Positions 50,191 to 61,487 are shown, counted from the stretch's first letter. The stretch: DNA of 64,000 bases from a bacterium (GCA_965209155.1 OZ242383.1:928001-992000), one strand, 5' to 3'. The notes: generated from the letters alone by a model not told the origin. Program-made: numbers and translations.

Positions 50191-51174
50191 CTAGCGTGCC
50201 AGGCCTTTTTTCACCTTGCCTTTGATCAGTTGGAAGAGTTTTTTCACGGGACCATAGCGATCCACCATGTCGAAGCGGCCTGCTCCACCACGGAGGCTGG
50301 GATCGAGCAGGTCACGCAGGGCATCGCCAAACATGTTGATGCCGTAGATCACGACCGCCAGGGAGAGGCCGGGCCATAAGGCCAGCCAGGGGGCCTGTAG
50401 CATGTATTTCTTGCCTTCCAGGCTGAGCATGCCTCCCCAACTCGGCTGGGGCGGTGGGATGCCAAAACCGAGGTAGCTGATGGTGGCCTCGTCGAGGATG
50501 ATGCCGCCGAGGGCCACGGAAAACATGGTAATGATTGGTGCCCATACCTGGGGCAGGATGTGTTTGATGAGGATTCTCCAGGTGGGAGCCCCCACGGCCC
50601 GGGCTGCCTCGACATACACGTTCTGCTTGGCGCTCAACACTACTCCCCGGACCATGCGGATGTGAGCGATTCCCCAAAACGCGCCTAAGACCAGGATCAC
50701 CTGCACCATCCCTGGTCCAATCAAGGCCATGACCGCCAGGATGATGAACAGCCAGGGAAACCCGAGCCAGGCGTCTACGAACCGCTGCAAAATGAGATCG
50801 AATTTACCACCCCAGTACCCGGAGACAAGACCCAGGACGGTCGCAATCACCAGGGCCAACGCGCATGCCGAGACCCCCACCACCATCGAGATACGAGCCC
50901 CGTGAATGATCCGGCTGAACTGGGAGCGCCCCATGTGGTCGGTCCCCATAATAAATTCGGCAGACGGAGCTTTCAAGCGATTGCGCATTTTCATCTGGTA
51001 GACATCATCTGGCGCAATGAGAGGAGCAAAGACTCCGATCAGAAAAAAGAGGATCACGATTATGGCGCCTAAAAAGCCCAACTTCTTCTCTTTGACCAGT
51101 CGGTAGAGGAACTCCCCAAAAGAGCCTCTTCGCATGGTCGGGACTAAGCGGGTGGGTTGCTCTGTTTGTGCCAT
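50191..51174 (-). CDS. oppC: Opp/Dpp permease (OppC-like), cluster 3
   Basis: MGTDHMGR, YVEAARAVGA, GDALRDLLDP. Confidence 0.9.
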   Translation of the reverse strand: MAQTEQPTRLVPTMRRGSFGEFLYRLVKEKKLGFLGAIIVILFFLIGVFAPLIAPDDVYQMKMRNRLKAPSAEFIMGTDHMGRSQFSRIIHGARISMVVGVSACALALVIATVLGLVSGYWGGKFDLILQRFVDAWLGFPWLFIILAVMALIGPGMVQVILVLGAFWGIAHIRMVRGVVLSAKQNVYVEAARAVGAPTWRILIKHILPQVWAPIITMFSVALGGIILDEATISYLGFGIPPPQPSWGGMLSLEGKKYMLQAPWLALWPGLSLAVVIYGINMFGDALRDLLDPSLRGGAGRFDMVDRYGPVKKLFQLIKGKVKKGLAR

Positions 51175-51281
51175 GGTTTATGCGTTTTTTATTGATTGCT
51201 GAAAACTGATAACTGAGGGCTGAAAGCCAACTAACCAGAGTTCGACATAAATCTGTAATAACAGGTGTATCCTGGTGTATA

Positions 51282-51381
51282 TGTCATCCTCGCTAAACTT
51301 GTCCCTGCGAAAGCAGGGAGCGGGGATCCGGATTTCTGTCTGGCTGCATACCTCTGGATTCCTGCTTTCGCAGGAATGACA
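51282..51381. repeat. REP-like palindrome (CCTGCGAAAGCAGG / GGATTCCTGCTTTCGCAGGAATGAC)
   Basis: Inverted arms visible between oppB and oppC. Confidence 0.75.
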
Positions 51382-51452
51382 AGATTTCTCAATGATATGA
51401 AGATTCCATAACATATTGAATTTATTAAATTCTAATCTCAAACTCAGGTTAA

Positions 51453-52427
51453 CTAACTATACCGAATCCGCGGGTCGAACCAGGCGTAGCTGATGTCGAC
51501 CGCTAAATTGATGAGCAAGACAAAGGCTGCCAGGAAGATATTGACTCCCGTAATGACGGGGTAGTCCCGGGTATTGATCGCTCCCACTAAAAACGACCCC
51601 AATCCCGGGAGGTTGAAGATATACTCCACCACGATGGCCCCCCCAATCACAACAGGGAGTTGCAGGCCGATCATCGTGACCACCGGGATCAATGAATTCT
51701 TCAGCACGTGCCGCAGGATAATATTCCGCTCCCGCAGTCCCTTGGCCCAGGCCGTCCGGACATAATCCTTGCGGAGCACTTCCAGCATCATATTGCGCGT
51801 CAAGCGCATGGTCATCCCGGAGAGCCACATTCCCAACACAATGGCCGGGACGATGAACATCACCAGGTTTTCCACGGGATCGTCAAAGAAAGAAATCCAC
51901 GTGGTCCGGGGAGACCAGTACCACCAGATGGCCGGATAGACGACGATCGCCGTCCCCAGCCAAAAACTGGGGATGCAAATAAACAAGATGGCAATGCTTC
52001 GTAAAAGATAATCCAGCCCCGATTCCGGCCGCATGCCCGAGACGATCCCCACCGGGAGAGCGATGGCTAAAGAAACCACTATGGCCAGGAGGCCCACTTC
52101 GAGAGAGACGGGCAGCTTAGTCAGGATGCTATTCAGTACCGATTTCCCGGACCATAAGGATTCCCCCAAGTCTCCTCTCAGCAATCCGGCGACCCATCGC
52201 CCATACTGGACATGGATGGGTAAATCCAGTCCGAGGGCATGACGGATGGCCTCATGCGGGGTCATGACATCTTTATCTTGTGATCCCGCATGCATCCCCC
52301 GCGCCTGAGTGACCATCAGGTCCACCGCGTCACCCGGAATGAAGCGCAGGATTCCAAAGCAGAGCGTGGTCGCAATGATCAGGGTGGGAATGATCAGCAG
52401 TACTCTTCGAATGATATAGGGCCTCAT
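51453..52427 (-). CDS. oppB: Opp/Dpp permease (OppB-like), cluster 3
   Basis: IPGD, GDLGES, DYVRTAWAKGL, DPRIRY. Confidence 0.9.
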   Translation of the reverse strand: MRPYIIRRVLLIIPTLIIATTLCFGILRFIPGDAVDLMVTQARGMHAGSQDKDVMTPHEAIRHALGLDLPIHVQYGRWVAGLLRGDLGESLWSGKSVLNSILTKLPVSLEVGLLAIVVSLAIALPVGIVSGMRPESGLDYLLRSIAILFICIPSFWLGTAIVVYPAIWWYWSPRTTWISFFDDPVENLVMFIVPAIVLGMWLSGMTMRLTRNMMLEVLRKDYVRTAWAKGLRERNIILRHVLKNSLIPVVTMIGLQLPVVIGGAIVVEYIFNLPGLGSFLVGAINTRDYPVITGVNIFLAAFVLLINLAVDISYAWFDPRIRYS

Positions 52428-52511
52428 GGTAGTTTAGCTCTGAAAATTAAAAGGCTTTTGATGGATTCCGGAACCTTGAAATATTGAGTTAAAATTACCT
52501 CTGCCCTTTGT

Positions 52512-52678
52512 TGTCATTCCTGCGCATGTACGAATTCCAGGGAATTGACAGGAACCCTGGATTCCTGGTCAAGCCAGGAATGACAAAGAAATCGCCAGTC
52601 CGGAATGTGTTAATAAAATGCGGGTTCAAGCCAGGAATGACAAATGGATCGTCAGTCCGGAATGTGTTAATAGAATGC
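52512..52678. repeat. REP-like palindrome with a 57-bp tandem duplication
   Basis: TCAAGCCAGGAATGACAAA..ATCG.CAGTCCGGAATGTGTTAATA.AATGC twice. Confidence 0.8.
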
Positions 52679-52832
52679 CGGATTTCATACCAAAAATTGA
52701 AAAAGCTACTGGAATCCATATGAGCCTTAATAAAAATTTTAACATGGGGAGGGAAACTATAATTCCAGGTGAAGGATAAGGGTGGGACGGCTTCCTCCCA
52801 CCCCTGTTATTCGTATGGCACCCGAGCAGGTG

Positions 52833-54674
52833 TTATTCGTTACAGTCTCGACCGCTCCTCTCTTTCTTCAAGTCGCAGTCAACCCAGAAGTATTTCAAAT
52901 AACCATACATAGCATAAACGGGAGTCTGTCCCTCCATTCTATGGACCCAGGGTTGCCACATATTATAGTTTCTCGGCCAAAAACCCGGCAGCGCCCACAG
53001 CGTTTCGTAGACGGCGAGGTAGTTTTCTACCCATTTATTCCGGTAATCGACAGGATCATTTTGGAGTTTGAGTTCGTCGAACAGTCTCATCAATTTCTCC
53101 CCTTCAGCGATGGTCGCTTCAGAGAGACCGGGTTTCCATTCCCCTTTCTGTTGATCCCAGGGGCGGCCTGACCAGAAGTATTGGCCGCGGGGGTCGGTGT
53201 GGATGGTCAGGGAGAAGATCAGTCCGGTGTTCGGCGAACCACTATCCGACATGGTCATCCCACTATAGACCTCATCATCCGGATCTTGGCCAATTCCAAT
53301 GGTGGCGGCGTAGAATAGGCCCTCTTCGAGCACTTTCAGTTCGGCACGAATCCCCACCTCTCTCATGTAGTTGGCAAATATTTCCGCGGCTTCCTGAAAT
53401 CGCGGGGGGGTGGCCAGGACCGTATCAAAGCCATTGGGGTAGCCTGCTTCGGCAAGCAGCGCTTTGGCCTCTTCGGGGTGATGCTCAAACAATCTGGCAA
53501 GGTCCGGCCGGATGGTTTTGAGCATGTCATACCCGATGAAATCCGGAGCGAGCCCCGGGATGGCCGGATAATTGGGGTATTCTCCGACGCCTTCAAAAAA
53601 GACTTCATCAATTTCCGGATGGTTGATGGCGTACATAGCGGCTTTGCGAACCCGGATGTCATCCCAGGGCGGCCCCAGGTCAACCCTGACAAACATATGG
53701 CGGTTATCGCCGCCACCCAGGGTCCATCCCAACTCGGGATTGGTTTCGCGCAGGCTTTCGAAATTCGGCTTAGACAACCCTTTATAGATAAAATCCAACT
53801 TCCCCGTGCGCAAGGCGGCCACTTGACTTTCAAATTCATCAAAGAGGACCAACCTGAGGCGATCTATATAGGGTAATTTGTTTTCAGGAATGAAGGGATC
53901 TACCGCCCAGTGCGTCGGGTTCTTTTTATATTCGACATAATTCCCCTCGACTTCCTCGAGTGGGATAAAGGGGCCGGTGCCGAGAGCGTTTTTAAAATCA
54001 TTACGATTGACACCGGAGTGCCACATCTCCGGATGTCCAAAGACCCAGGTAAAAACCAAATCATAGATCCACTGTTCGGTCGCATTGGGCTTGGCGAACT
54101 TGATTTCAACCGTCCAATCATCCGTAGCCGTCAAAGTATAATCTTTATCCCGGCCATATTCACCCGCCTTTTCCCATTTGGAAGTGATATTCCAGACATC
54201 GATAATGGTGTGGGCATTGAATTCTGTCCCATAAGCCGATTTGAGTTTCGGATTGGGAAAGGGCACGTCGGATTCTTCAAAAAATTGAATGCCCTTGCGG
54301 ATTTTCAAGATCACGTTGCTGGTATCCACACGCTCCCAAGATTCAACCAAAGAACCGGTCAGTGCGCCAATACTCATCTGATCCGAGTTGGAATAGGTGT
54401 ATTCACCGGTTCCCAATGGTCCCCTGAGCGGATCATGCCTCAGCCAGCCATCGTAGGCGGGAAAGGCCGTAATGTGGAAGGCAATGAAAGGGTCCCAATT
54501 GGTAGGTCCCCAGTCTCTCGAATTGATATGTAATGCGCCTCCATATTGCGGATCATCAAAGGCCCACGCGGTGCCTGTCCCGGACAGGTCAACGAAAGGC
54601 AAAGCAATGGCAAACACAGCGCTTACCACACCCAGTCCGACGGAGCGGACCAACATTTTTTTTATGTTCTTCAT
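52833..54674 (-). CDS. oppA: Family 5 substrate-binding protein, cluster 3
   Basis: PQYGG, LVESWE, GTGPF, DIRVRKA, LLAEAGYPNG. Confidence 0.9.
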   Translation of the reverse strand: MKNIKKMLVRSVGLGVVSAVFAIALPFVDLSGTGTAWAFDDPQYGGALHINSRDWGPTNWDPFIAFHITAFPAYDGWLRHDPLRGPLGTGEYTYSNSDQMSIGALTGSLVESWERVDTSNVILKIRKGIQFFEESDVPFPNPKLKSAYGTEFNAHTIIDVWNITSKWEKAGEYGRDKDYTLTATDDWTVEIKFAKPNATEQWIYDLVFTWVFGHPEMWHSGVNRNDFKNALGTGPFIPLEEVEGNYVEYKKNPTHWAVDPFIPENKLPYIDRLRLVLFDEFESQVAALRTGKLDFIYKGLSKPNFESLRETNPELGWTLGGGDNRHMFVRVDLGPPWDDIRVRKAAMYAINHPEIDEVFFEGVGEYPNYPAIPGLAPDFIGYDMLKTIRPDLARLFEHHPEEAKALLAEAGYPNGFDTVLATPPRFQEAAEIFANYMREVGIRAELKVLEEGLFYAATIGIGQDPDDEVYSGMTMSDSGSPNTGLIFSLTIHTDPRGQYFWSGRPWDQQKGEWKPGLSEATIAEGEKLMRLFDELKLQNDPVDYRNKWVENYLAVYETLWALPGFWPRNYNMWQPWVHRMEGQTPVYAMYGYLKYFWVDCDLKKERSGRDCNE

Positions 54675-55038
54675 TTATCATCTCCATTTGAGAATTGATC
54701 AGAAAGATTCATCCTACCATAGAACAAATTTCAGCAAAAATATAACCGTTAACAGGAATTTACAATAAAAAAAATATTTTTTTCTTTTTTTCATACTTTT
54801 AAAGCCCGGTCAAGTAGTTTTTCCGCCATGGTTGCTCATTGCGGAAAGATTCGTAGGGAGGCGCTTGCGGGTGGCGCTTCTGAATCCCCTGAACTCCCGG
54901 AGGTTTGAAAAACGGGTTTACGTCAGGGTGAAGCCTGCTCAATATCGAGACCTCGAGTCTTGCCAAAAACAGAGACTGAGGGCAAATTCCGGACCAACGA
55001 CTTTGCAGGTTCCCAGCGGAGATCGGCTTTCAGCTGAA

Positions 55039-55959
55039 TCAACGGTGGCGAATACGCGGGTCCAGAGCGTCGCGAAGCCCGTCACCGATGAAGTTCACGC
55101 TGAGCACTGTGAGTGAAATGGCCAATCCCGGCCACAAAACCCGGGAGGGGGCGAAGGAGAGAAAGTTGATTCCGTTGTAGAGCAAACGTCCCCAAGTGGG
55201 AAAGTCCGAAGGAAAGCCGAGTCCGAGGAAACTGAGCGCCGATTCGGTAATGATCGCGCTTGCCACTCCAAGCGTTGCCGAGACCATGATCGGGCTCAAG
55301 ACGTTGGGAAAAATATGATGGGTAATGACCCGAAGCCGGGGGGTTCCGATCCCATGCGCGGCCAGGATGAAGTCCTGCGCCCTGAGCGCAAGAACGTCTC
55401 CGCGAACGATACGTGCGGTTTGCATCCAACTGGTGATCCCGATGACAAACACAACCAGCAGAAAGATTCCCATTTCGGGGCCAAAGGCATTACGCAGCGT
55501 CTCGCGAAAAAGCATGATGATGACCAACAACAAGGGAAGCAGGGGTAAAGCGAGAAACAAATCGGTGAAGCGCATCAAAGGTCCATCCAAAAACCGGAAG
55601 TAACCTGCCAGCACTCCAATGAATGCGCCTAAAATCAAGGATAACAACATCGCCGTGAATCCAACCGCAAGGGAAATACGCCCCCCTACCAGTACCTGGG
55701 CGAGCATATCCCGACCCAGGTTGTCGGTGCCGAAAGGATGATTCCAGGAAGGTCCCTGGTTCTTGGCGCTGAGGTCGAGATACTGGGGATCGACGGTATA
55801 CAAGACGGGGCCGAAAACGACTGCGCATACGATTGCGAAAAATACGATGACGCCGACCAAGGCGCCATAATGCGCTTTAAATTGCAGCCAGACGTCGCCC
55901 CAGAGTGAGCGATGAGCTTGACTGCTGTCACGAGCGTCGGGTCGGATAGGATCAACCAT
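55039..55959 (-). CDS. oppC: Opp/Dpp permease (OppC-like), cluster 4
   Basis: HPFGTDNLGRD, ESALSFLGLG, GDGLRDALDPR. Confidence 0.9.
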   Translation of the reverse strand: MVDPIRPDARDSSQAHRSLWGDVWLQFKAHYGALVGVIVFFAIVCAVVFGPVLYTVDPQYLDLSAKNQGPSWNHPFGTDNLGRDMLAQVLVGGRISLAVGFTAMLLSLILGAFIGVLAGYFRFLDGPLMRFTDLFLALPLLPLLLVIIMLFRETLRNAFGPEMGIFLLVVFVIGITSWMQTARIVRGDVLALRAQDFILAAHGIGTPRLRVITHHIFPNVLSPIMVSATLGVASAIITESALSFLGLGFPSDFPTWGRLLYNGINFLSFAPSRVLWPGLAISLTVLSVNFIGDGLRDALDPRIRHR

Positions 55960-56965
55960 AGCGAATCCTCGGATCCAGTACCCCGTACGCCAGGTCGGCG
56001 ATGAAGTTGAACAACACGATCAAAACGGCGAAGAGGAAGGTCAGAGTTTGTACCAAAGGGAGGTCCGCGCCTTGAATGGCGATAATGAGCAGTTGTCCCA
56101 GTCCGTTGACTCGAAAGATCTGCTCGGTGATGATGGCTCCCGAAAAAACCTGAGGAATTCCCAAAGCGATAACCGTTACCACTGGAATCAAGCTGTTACG
56201 CAAGATGTGAACGAGAAGAACCGATTGCTCCGGAAGTCCTTTGGAACGCGCGGTGCGCACGTAATCGAGGTTCAGGTTGTCCAGTATCGATGCGCGCATG
56301 AAGCGGCTGAGTTGGGCGGCGTTGAAGAGAGCCAAAACGGAAACAGGCATGACCATCTGCTTGCACTGGACAATGAAGCTTGTCCAATCACGGACCTGGT
56401 GGGTGGTATCATAGATGGACGGAAACCAACCGAGATGCACACTGAAGACAACGATCAAGACGACTCCCGTGAAGAAAGTGGGGATGGAATAACCGACCAT
56501 CGAGATGAAGGTTCCGACTTGATCGAAAATCGAATATTGCTTGTAGGCAGAGAGGATCCCTATCGGAATCGCAATGAGGAAACCCACCAGGTAGGACAAA
56601 CCTACCACCCAGAGCGTCTGGGGCAATCGCTCAAAGATGAGATCCACGGCCGGTCCGCGTGTGGCCCATGAGCGGACCCTGAGACGCTGAGCGGAGTCAC
56701 CGATTGCAATCCCCGTCCACCGTTCGAGGAAATTGAGAGGTTCGTTGATGATGAATTGCTCGAGCCACTTGAAGTAACGAAGGTGAAAAGGCTGGCCGAG
56801 TCCCAAGCTCTGACGGATTTTCTCGCGAATCTCCGGGGGAATGGTCAAGGGCACCTGGCTCGTTGGATCTCCCGGCGCGAAATCCAAGAGGGAGAATACG
56901 ATAAAACTGATGATCAACAAGGTGGGAACGGCAAACAACAACCTTCTGATCGAATAACTCAGCAT
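55952..56965 (-). CDS. oppB: Opp/Dpp permease (OppB-like), cluster 4
   Basis: Likely start MLSYSIRR; APGDP, DYVRTARSKGL, LDPRIRY. Confidence 0.9.
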   Translation of the reverse strand: MLSYSIRRLLFAVPTLLIISFIVFSLLDFAPGDPTSQVPLTIPPEIREKIRQSLGLGQPFHLRYFKWLEQFIINEPLNFLERWTGIAIGDSAQRLRVRSWATRGPAVDLIFERLPQTLWVVGLSYLVGFLIAIPIGILSAYKQYSIFDQVGTFISMVGYSIPTFFTGVVLIVVFSVHLGWFPSIYDTTHQVRDWTSFIVQCKQMVMPVSVLALFNAAQLSRFMRASILDNLNLDYVRTARSKGLPEQSVLLVHILRNSLIPVVTVIALGIPQVFSGAIITEQIFRVNGLGQLLIIAIQGADLPLVQTLTFLFAVLIVLFNFIADLAYGVLDPRIRYG

Positions 56966-57204
56966 GAATGCGAGATGGAAAGAATTTTCAAAGAGGTGTT
57001 GAGGCCGAATCCCCAACCCACGTGGTTCCGGCAACGTTGGTACGGCATTGCGAAAATACGCTTACAGATTTTCACACCCGGGATTCGACAGTGTTTTCAT
57101 TCGAGCCGAAGACCCGGCGTCCAGGAGGCTTGCCATAGATACCGGATGCCGGGATCGAGTCCGGAATGAGATTAACACCGTAAACGAATTTTTATCACGG
57201 TGCG

Positions 57205-58890
57205 CTAGCGGATGCGATGCCAGTCTTCAATGTTCCAGAGTTCCACATCCCAGACATTGTGCCTGATTCCCCCCAACGTCAAGGAGTGGGCGGAAACGCG
57301 CCCACGGTGAATGAGGGGGAGGTGAGAACCATGGTCGACGAGCATGTCGTTCATCTTCTTGATGAGGGCCACGCGCTTTTCAAGAGAAGCCGTCACGCTC
57401 AGTTGCTTGACCAATTCGTCGTATTCCTCATTGCAGTAGCGCGGAACGTTCCCCCCTTGCCATTGATTTTCGGGGTTGGGAATCTGGCTGCAAATCCAGG
57501 CTCCCATGTAAGGTTCCGGGTCGATGTTGAGGAAGAGATTGGTGTACATCTGGATGTCGGCATAGAATTTCTGGTAGGTATCGGGGTTCGCCGGGTCGCT
57601 ACCAAAGAAAACCGAGCCACTGATGTTTTTCAGTTCCGTCTCCACACCGATCTCTTGCCACATTTGCTTGATGAGCGCTTGGGTGTCTTGCCGCACGTTA
57701 TTGGTCGAGGTCTGGTAGAGGATGGAAAGTCGTACGCCGTCTTTTTCCCGTACGCCATCCGCGCCACGCATCCAACCCGCTTCATCCAGGAGCATATTCG
57801 CTTTTTCGACGTCTTGCGTCTTGCACCAGTCATTGGCGGTAGAGACGTAAATGGCAGGAGCCGGTACGACGTTGCAGGTAACTTGCCCGGTTGGACCGTA
57901 ACCCGTATCGACCAGGACCTGGCGATCGATGGCAAGTGAAAGGGCCCGTCGCACGGCGGGGTCACTCAAAAAAGGATGCTCGCCGCCTTCCAGGGTCGAA
58001 CGCATATCATCCAACTCCACGTCCGGGTTGGACAGATTCACTACCAATCGTTCAACGGCCGTGCCAAATCCGGCGACGATCTTACCTTTACCTGCTTTTT
58101 CCATCTGGCGCATCACTTCGGGTTCGATCTGCAGGTTCCAGGCGAAATCGAATTCCCCGGTTTCCAACACCGAACGGGCTGCGGAAGCCGCATCCCCCCC
58201 TCCTTTGAGCACCACCGTGGCAAAATGAGGTTTGTCCAATTCACGGTAATGCTCATTGGCGGCATAGACCGCGACGTCGTTGGCGCGAAATTCAGTCACT
58301 TTGAAAGGGCCGGTACCGATGGGGCCGAAATTTTGCTCACTACACTCCTGGGCTTTTTCATCACCCAGGCAGTCCTGAAACTGCGCTTTTTGCAGGATCG
58401 GTTCCCCCGCGCTGACAAAAAGTCCATAGGGAAAGGGTTTGGGAATCGAAAAATTCACTTTGACCGTGAGATCATCGAGCTTCTCTACGGATGAAACATC
58501 GCGGTAGCTGGCTGTAGCGCAGCTTTCCATTTGCTTGCAATATTCAGCGGTGAAAACCACGTCGTCCGCGCTGAAAGGCGTTCCATCGGACCAGAGGATG
58601 CCCGATTTCAGTTGCCAGGTGATCGATTTCAAATCCTCCGCGGCCTGCGGAATCGCTTCCGCCAGAACCGGGACCATGTTGCCGTTTTCATCGAAATTGG
58701 CGAGGGGTTCCAGGACCAGGGAGGACGCTTCCGTATCTTTCGACCCCCCGGAAAGATAGGGGTTCAAAATGGAAGGCGCCTGCCAGTAGATGAGATTGAG
58801 TTGACCATCCGCGCCGCGTTCCGCATGAGCGACGCTCGTTAAGATGGCCATACCCGTCAGAAATGCGATTGAGTTCCTTTTTACGGACAT
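57205..58890 (-). CDS. oppA: Family 5 substrate-binding protein, cluster 4
   Basis: Start MSVKRN after GGAG; WSDG.PFSADDVVFT, GTGPF, VRRALSLAIDR. Confidence 0.9.
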   Translation of the reverse strand: MSVKRNSIAFLTGMAILTSVAHAERGADGQLNLIYWQAPSILNPYLSGGSKDTEASSLVLEPLANFDENGNMVPVLAEAIPQAAEDLKSITWQLKSGILWSDGTPFSADDVVFTAEYCKQMESCATASYRDVSSVEKLDDLTVKVNFSIPKPFPYGLFVSAGEPILQKAQFQDCLGDEKAQECSEQNFGPIGTGPFKVTEFRANDVAVYAANEHYRELDKPHFATVVLKGGGDAASAARSVLETGEFDFAWNLQIEPEVMRQMEKAGKGKIVAGFGTAVERLVVNLSNPDVELDDMRSTLEGGEHPFLSDPAVRRALSLAIDRQVLVDTGYGPTGQVTCNVVPAPAIYVSTANDWCKTQDVEKANMLLDEAGWMRGADGVREKDGVRLSILYQTSTNNVRQDTQALIKQMWQEIGVETELKNISGSVFFGSDPANPDTYQKFYADIQMYTNLFLNIDPEPYMGAWICSQIPNPENQWQGGNVPRYCNEEYDELVKQLSVTASLEKRVALIKKMNDMLVDHGSHLPLIHRGRVSAHSLTLGGIRHNVWDVELWNIEDWHRIR

Positions 58891-59061
58891 AGTTATCTCC
58901 TTTATTGAAGTTTTAAAAATCGAATGAAATTTTGCTTTCCATGAAATCTCCATGTGATTTTTCAAGGGGAACAAAAAAAACTTGATGTCAGAAGGATTGT
59001 GAGTTAATTTTGCCGAACTTCAGTAAAAAGGCAATCTATCTATGTAAATTCTTAAGAAAGC

Positions 59062-59934
59062 ATGATTTTTTCATTATTCAATCAACCCAAAAGGAAGGGA
59101 ATTGTATCTTCTAAGGAGATCATTCGACTTATCTCGAGAAAGATATCCCGGCTCACTTTCGGGTTCGTCTCTAAGTGGTACAATGCGATTTTTGCGCTGT
59201 CCCTGGTGCTGGTGATAGCAAGCGGAGTTCCGGTGAGAGCCGAGAGCGTCGTCTACTCTCTCGACCAGACAGGGGTTTACGCGGGAGTCTTCGCGGGATT
59301 TGGCCGTTTGAACAACCGGATCGTCGACGTGGAGGGTTTTGCGAACTGGGGTAACCCCGGTTCGGTTGTCGACTACGAGGAGAACGAGTATACCGGTGGC
59401 GTATTTGTGGGGAGGAAAATCGACACCGGTGGCGCGTTACTCAGGATCGAAGTCGACGGCATATTCGGCGTGCGACACGCAAAATCAAATTTGCTTGATC
59501 CCGTCGGTCTGGACGAGACGGTGGAAACGAAGATTCCATGGATTGCCACCTCTCGCGTCGGCGGTGAATATGCGATCGGCCGGGCGAAACTATTCGCCAC
59601 TGGCGGGTTGGCGGTAGCTCAGATTACCAATTCCGTAACCGACATCGATTTTGGACGGAACATGCCACGCAGGTTAGACCCCGACGATTCCTTCCGGGAG
59701 AGTTCGACAAAAATCGGATGGGTGATCGGAATCGGGATCGAAACTCTTTTTGACGATGCCTGGACGCTTCGCTTCGGGGGTTCTTACCTGGATTTCGGGC
59801 GAAGCGTTCACCAGGTGAACCGCTCCGGAAATAACTCCTGCGGTCCAGGTGGTCCTCGAACTTCCTGCCCTTACAAGATCGAAAACAAGTATGGCATCAT
59901 ACGTTTGGCGATAATTCGCCATTTCGGTACGTAA
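59062..59934 (+). CDS. Outer-membrane beta-barrel protein (Omp25/RopB-like); start uncertain
   Basis: GVYAGVFAG, FATGGLA, GWVIGIGIE, YLDFG, terminal aromatic strand. Confidence 0.7.
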   Translation: MIFSLFNQPKRKGIVSSKEIIRLISRKISRLTFGFVSKWYNAIFALSLVLVIASGVPVRAESVVYSLDQTGVYAGVFAGFGRLNNRIVDVEGFANWGNPGSVVDYEENEYTGGVFVGRKIDTGGALLRIEVDGIFGVRHAKSNLLDPVGLDETVETKIPWIATSRVGGEYAIGRAKLFATGGLAVAQITNSVTDIDFGRNMPRRLDPDDSFRESSTKIGWVIGIGIETLFDDAWTLRFGGSYLDFGRSVHQVNRSGNNSCGPGGPRTSCPYKIENKYGIIRLAIIRHFGT

Positions 59935-60278
59935 TTCCGCTTGATATTCAGTCCTGCATATCGTGTTGGAAGCAGTCATGAAAATGAAGGATCGCTCTTT
60001 CCAGAAGCCAGTTTAAAGTGACGATCTTTCCAAATCGTCCGGACAGCAATTCAGGAATTTGATCACTTTCGGGTAATCATCACTTTTCCGGAGTTTCCGC
60101 CCTCCTTGCTGTTTTTCATCGTATATTCGTCATGGCCGGTATCGAAACGGACAAGAGAAATACGGGCATAAGGAGATGGAGGCTATGGAGTAAAATTTGC
60201 ATATCCGCTAAGTGTAAGTCCCTGCATAAATTTCAGAATATCGATCCGCAATTCAACTCACACGCGCATGGAGTCTTG

Positions 60279-61487
60279 ATGCAAAAATATCCCATCTTTT
60301 CAATTTTCTGTTTTGTTGTTTTGATGCTGACAGTGATCAGTTGCAAAACCGTTCCTGAACCGGAGCTGCACCTGCTTTCGACAGAGGAGGTTCGAACATT
60401 CAACTGGGAAGACGACCTGGACCTGGAAAGTTTGTCGCAAGCGATCCGGCAATCGATTCGCTACTACCAAAGCAGCCCTGAAACATCTGAATTCCGCTAC
60501 AAGGACATGCGTTACACTCCTCAAGAAATGGAAGCTTCTCTCCAATTATTTCTGGAGATCTTCCGGACTTACGAAGGGGAGCAACGTATCGCCGAAATAC
60601 AAGAGAAGTTTTTGTTTTTTGAAAGCAGGAATTCGAACAATAATGCTTTTTTCACGGGATATTACGAACCGATCCTGCTTGGCTGTTTAAATCCGAATGA
60701 AGCCTGTTCCGCTCCTCTTTATGCAACCCCTGCAGATCTCCTCAAAGTCGATTTGGAAGCATTCAGTGAGAAATGGGAAGGCCGGCGTATATTCGGAAAA
60801 ATCAAAGGGGACCGATTTATTCCCTATGATTCACGTGACGACATCGTCTATCAACATTCCTTGCGTGAGAGAGCGGAGCCTATAGTTTACGTTGAAAACG
60901 ATATCGAATTGTTTTTCCTGCAAATTCAGGGTTCTGGTCTGGTGCGACTGCCTGACGGCCGTCTGAAAAGGGTCAACTATGCAGCTCAAAACGGGCATCC
61001 TTACCGAGCCATCGGTAGACTTTTGATCGAGGAAGAGAAAATTCCTCGTGAGAAGATGTCCTTGCAGGCTTTGAAGGAATACCTGTATGCCAATCCGGAT
61101 GAAGTACGAAGGATTTTGAATTACAATCCAAGTTACACGTTTTTTCGTGAAGTGGAAGAAGGACCCTTGGGAAACATCGAAGTTCCCCTGACGGCAGGAC
61201 GTTCAATCGCCATGGACCGCCATCTCATACCACGTGGAGGGCTGGTTTACGTAACCACCGAGATTCCTGTTTTCGAAAATGACGAAATGATTGGATTGAA
61301 GCCTTTCACGCGTTTCATGCTGACGCAAGATACCGGAGGTGCCATCCGGGGTCATGGACGTGGAGATATTTTCTGGGGACATGGCGAACTCGCGGAATTG
61401 ACGGCAGGGCACATGAAATATAACGGGCGCGTCTTTCTTTTGGTTGCTCGCAAGGAATACCTGAAACCTTCTTTGGATTCGACATGA
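60279..61487 (+). CDS. mltA: Membrane-bound lytic murein transglycosylase A
   Basis: Lipobox VISC; FTGYYEP, FFLQIQGSG, NPSYTFF, QDTGGAIRG..RGDIFWG. Confidence 0.92.
   Translation: MQKYPIFSIFCFVVLMLTVISCKTVPEPELHLLSTEEVRTFNWEDDLDLESLSQAIRQSIRYYQSSPETSEFRYKDMRYTPQEMEASLQLFLEIFRTYEGEQRIAEIQEKFLFFESRNSNNNAFFTGYYEPILLGCLNPNEACSAPLYATPADLLKVDLEAFSEKWEGRRIFGKIKGDRFIPYDSRDDIVYQHSLRERAEPIVYVENDIELFFLQIQGSGLVRLPDGRLKRVNYAAQNGHPYRAIGRLLIEEEKIPREKMSLQALKEYLYANPDEVRRILNYNPSYTFFREVEEGPLGNIEVPLTAGRSIAMDRHLIPRGGLVYVTTEIPVFENDEMIGLKPFTRFMLTQDTGGAIRGHGRGDIFWGHGELAELTAGHMKYNGRVFLLVARKEYLKPSLDST

Noticed and set aside
51195..51240. 7-bp periodic tract (CTGAAAA/CTGATAA/CTGAGGG/CTGAAAG) as a sign of a four-helix-bundle element
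   Set aside because: Short and degenerate, with no associated ORF or inverted partner seen
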